In this document: positions 62,691 to 64,000 of the stretch, piece by piece | Layout: each line of letters opens with the position of its first letter | Numbering within the stretch: the first letter of the stretch is position 1 | Assembly (NCBI GenBank): GCA_034421015.1 | Contig: DAOUKT010000037.1 | Coordinates: 18,133-82,132, forward strand | DNA: 64,000 nt | Reading direction: 5' to 3' | Origin: Dehalococcoidia bacterium | Lineage (GTDB): Bacteria; Chloroflexota; Dehalococcoidia; Lucifugimonadales; UBA2985 | The notes under the pieces: generated by a model | The model's input: the letters and a program-made list of their open reading frames with translations, nothing else | Databases searched by the model: none | Told to the model about the DNA's origin: nothing | Made by a program: the position numbers and the translations under genes

Positions 62691-63947
62691 TCAGTCGGCT
62701 GCTTCCGAACCCAGAGCCTCCCGCACCAACGCAACCTCATCCGCGCGGCTGCCTGCGCGCCCGTCCAGCCTGGCGCGCTTGAGCATATTCAGCATCTCCC
62801 CGACGGCGGGGCCCTGGGGCACGCCCATCTCCATGAGGTCTCTTCCTCCCAGCGACGGCTTGACGTGGCGCAGCTTGTCCAGGAACAGCGTGAGGTTGGC
62901 CCGGGCAGTCTCGTCCACAACTACCAGGGCAGACGCTTGGACCGCCGCGGGCTCTGAGGCTGACATGGCGTCGAATAGCTGCACTGGGGAAATTTGATCG
63001 TCTGACAGCAAGGGTAGCCTCTCCTTGAGGGCTATGGTGTGACGCACAATCCTGGCCCAACGCGGCGGCAGGCGCAGCCGCCCGATCAGGCTCTCTCCCT
63101 CCGCCGGACTCATGGCGTAGGCCATCGCCCCAAACCACACAATACCGTCGACGCGTCCATTTGCTCTTGAAATTGCGGTTCGCACCGGCTCCCCGGACTT
63201 CGCCAGTGACGGGTGAAGCCCCGCCAGCACGCCCAGCTCGTCGGCGCGCAGGAGAATGCTTGAGGCGCACTCTTCGGCGAGCCAGCGCTGGATCTCCCTG
63301 AACAGCCGGTCGCCGCCGATGGTGTCCAGCATGGGCAGACTGTCCCTGAGCAGGGCATCGGTGTGTTCATCCAGCCGGAAGCCCAGACGCTGCTCGTAGC
63401 GGACGGCCCGCAGGATGCGGGTGGCGTCGTCGGCAAAGCTGCCGTCGTGGAGCACGCGGACCAGCTTTCGTTCCAGGTCGTCAGCGCCGTTGAAGGGGTC
63501 CAGGGGCTGCCCCTTCGCCTCCATATGCAGGGGAACTGCCATTGCGTTGATGGAGAAGTCACGCCGGGCCAGGTCCTCCTCAATCGTGCCGTGGGCAATC
63601 TGCGGGAGGGCGCCGGGCCTGCTGTACCGCTCCGACCGGGCGGTGACCAGGTCAAGGGACACGCCTGCCACCTTCACCTTGGCGGTGGAGAACTGGGAGC
63701 GTGACACCACCTGGCCGGACAGCCGCTTGGCGACGATGGAGGCCATCGTCTCCGCGTCGCCCACCACGACGAGGTCCAGGTCTTCGACGGGCCTGCCCAG
63801 CAGCATGTCCCGGACTGTGCCGCCAACCAGGTACATGGGCACGCGCTCGTCCCGGGCGATGTCGCCCGCCGACTTGAGAAGCTCCATCTGCCCCGGCGGC
63901 AGGCTGGCCTCCAGCAGTTCCATGAAATCCATCGCATTCCTCGCCAT
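62691..63947 (-). CDS. tRNA nucleotidyltransferase / poly(A) polymerase family (probable CCA-adding enzyme)
   Basis: MYLVGGTVRDMLLGRPVEDLDLVVVGD...ERYSRPGALP...RRDFSINAMA...TRILRAVRY. Confidence 0.85.
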   Translation of the reverse strand: MARNAMDFMELLEASLPPGQMELLKSAGDIARDERVPMYLVGGTVRDMLLGRPVEDLDLVVVGDAETMASIVAKRLSGQVVSRSQFSTAKVKVAGVSLDLVTARSERYSRPGALPQIAHGTIEEDLARRDFSINAMAVPLHMEAKGQPLDPFNGADDLERKLVRVLHDGSFADDATRILRAVRYEQRLGFRLDEHTDALLRDSLPMLDTIGGDRLFREIQRWLAEECASSILLRADELGVLAGLHPSLAKSGEPVRTAISRANGRVDGIVWFGAMAYAMSPAEGESLIGRLRLPPRWARIVRHTIALKERLPLLSDDQISPVQLFDAMSASEPAAVQASALVVVDETARANLTLFLDKLRHVKPSLGGRDLMEMGVPQGPAVGEMLNMLKRARLDGRAGSRADEVALVREALGSEAAD

Positions 63948-64000
63948 GACGCCTGCGCCGATTATAGCACGGGGCCGATTGAGGCCCCCGGCCTGCTTTG

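Overview
This is a high-GC bacterial chromosomal segment. Gene content and organisation look most like a Chloroflexota or Dehalococcoidia-like organism, but that placement is inference only. It is almost entirely core metabolism and housekeeping. I found no rRNA, CRISPR array, transposase, integrase or prophage genes.

Left to right:
- Start of the window: a DinB-like gene cut by the window edge, tmRNA (ssrA) with smpB, an S41 C-terminal protease, and a GYD protein.
- An 11-gene nuoABCDHIJKLMN operon without nuoEFG. It carries an extra DUF2007-like ORF between nuoK and nuoL.
- nadK and a Nudix hydrolase.
- A TCA supercluster: sdhA, sdhB and an HdrB-like subunit converge on split class-I fumarase, mdh, icd, a 5S carboxyltransferase with a fused biotin domain, and a 12S carboxyltransferase.
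- A large repeat-containing membrane protein, then several catabolic-type enzymes (two MBL hydrolases, Gfo/Idh/MocA, SMP-30, crotonase).
- tRNA-Arg and tRNA-His.
- A BrnT toxin with a chimeric antitoxin, pepA, a P-loop kinase, an AT-richer GIY-YIG gene, DegV, and a PadR pair.
- mog/moaB-family gene and trmD, then a minimal mraZ-rsmH-ftsA-ftsZ division cluster, secDF, an ADH and nfo.
- A hisZ-hisG-X-hisD-Y-hisC-hisB operon, followed by a CCA-adding-family enzyme.

Most notable observations:
1. A Prx-like redoxin has an in-frame TGA exactly at the catalytic CxxC cysteine, followed by a hairpin. It is a candidate UxxC selenoprotein that the ORF track splits into two ORFs.
2. A Zn-hydrolase-fold gene of unknown function is translationally coupled inside the his operon. 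It is a candidate for the missing histidinol-phosphate phosphatase.
3. HisZ sits next to a long-form HisG.
4. Two genes appear to start at ATA or ATC, each directly behind a perfect Shine-Dalgarno sequence.
5. There are two families of small structured intergenic repeats. One is a hairpin family with compensatory stem variants and hairpin-in-loop nesting. The other is a roughly 165-nt MITE-like element with terminal inverted repeats and flanking direct repeats; one copy has duplicated a consensus promoter.

All calls rest on my own reading and translation of the sequence. No database search was run.
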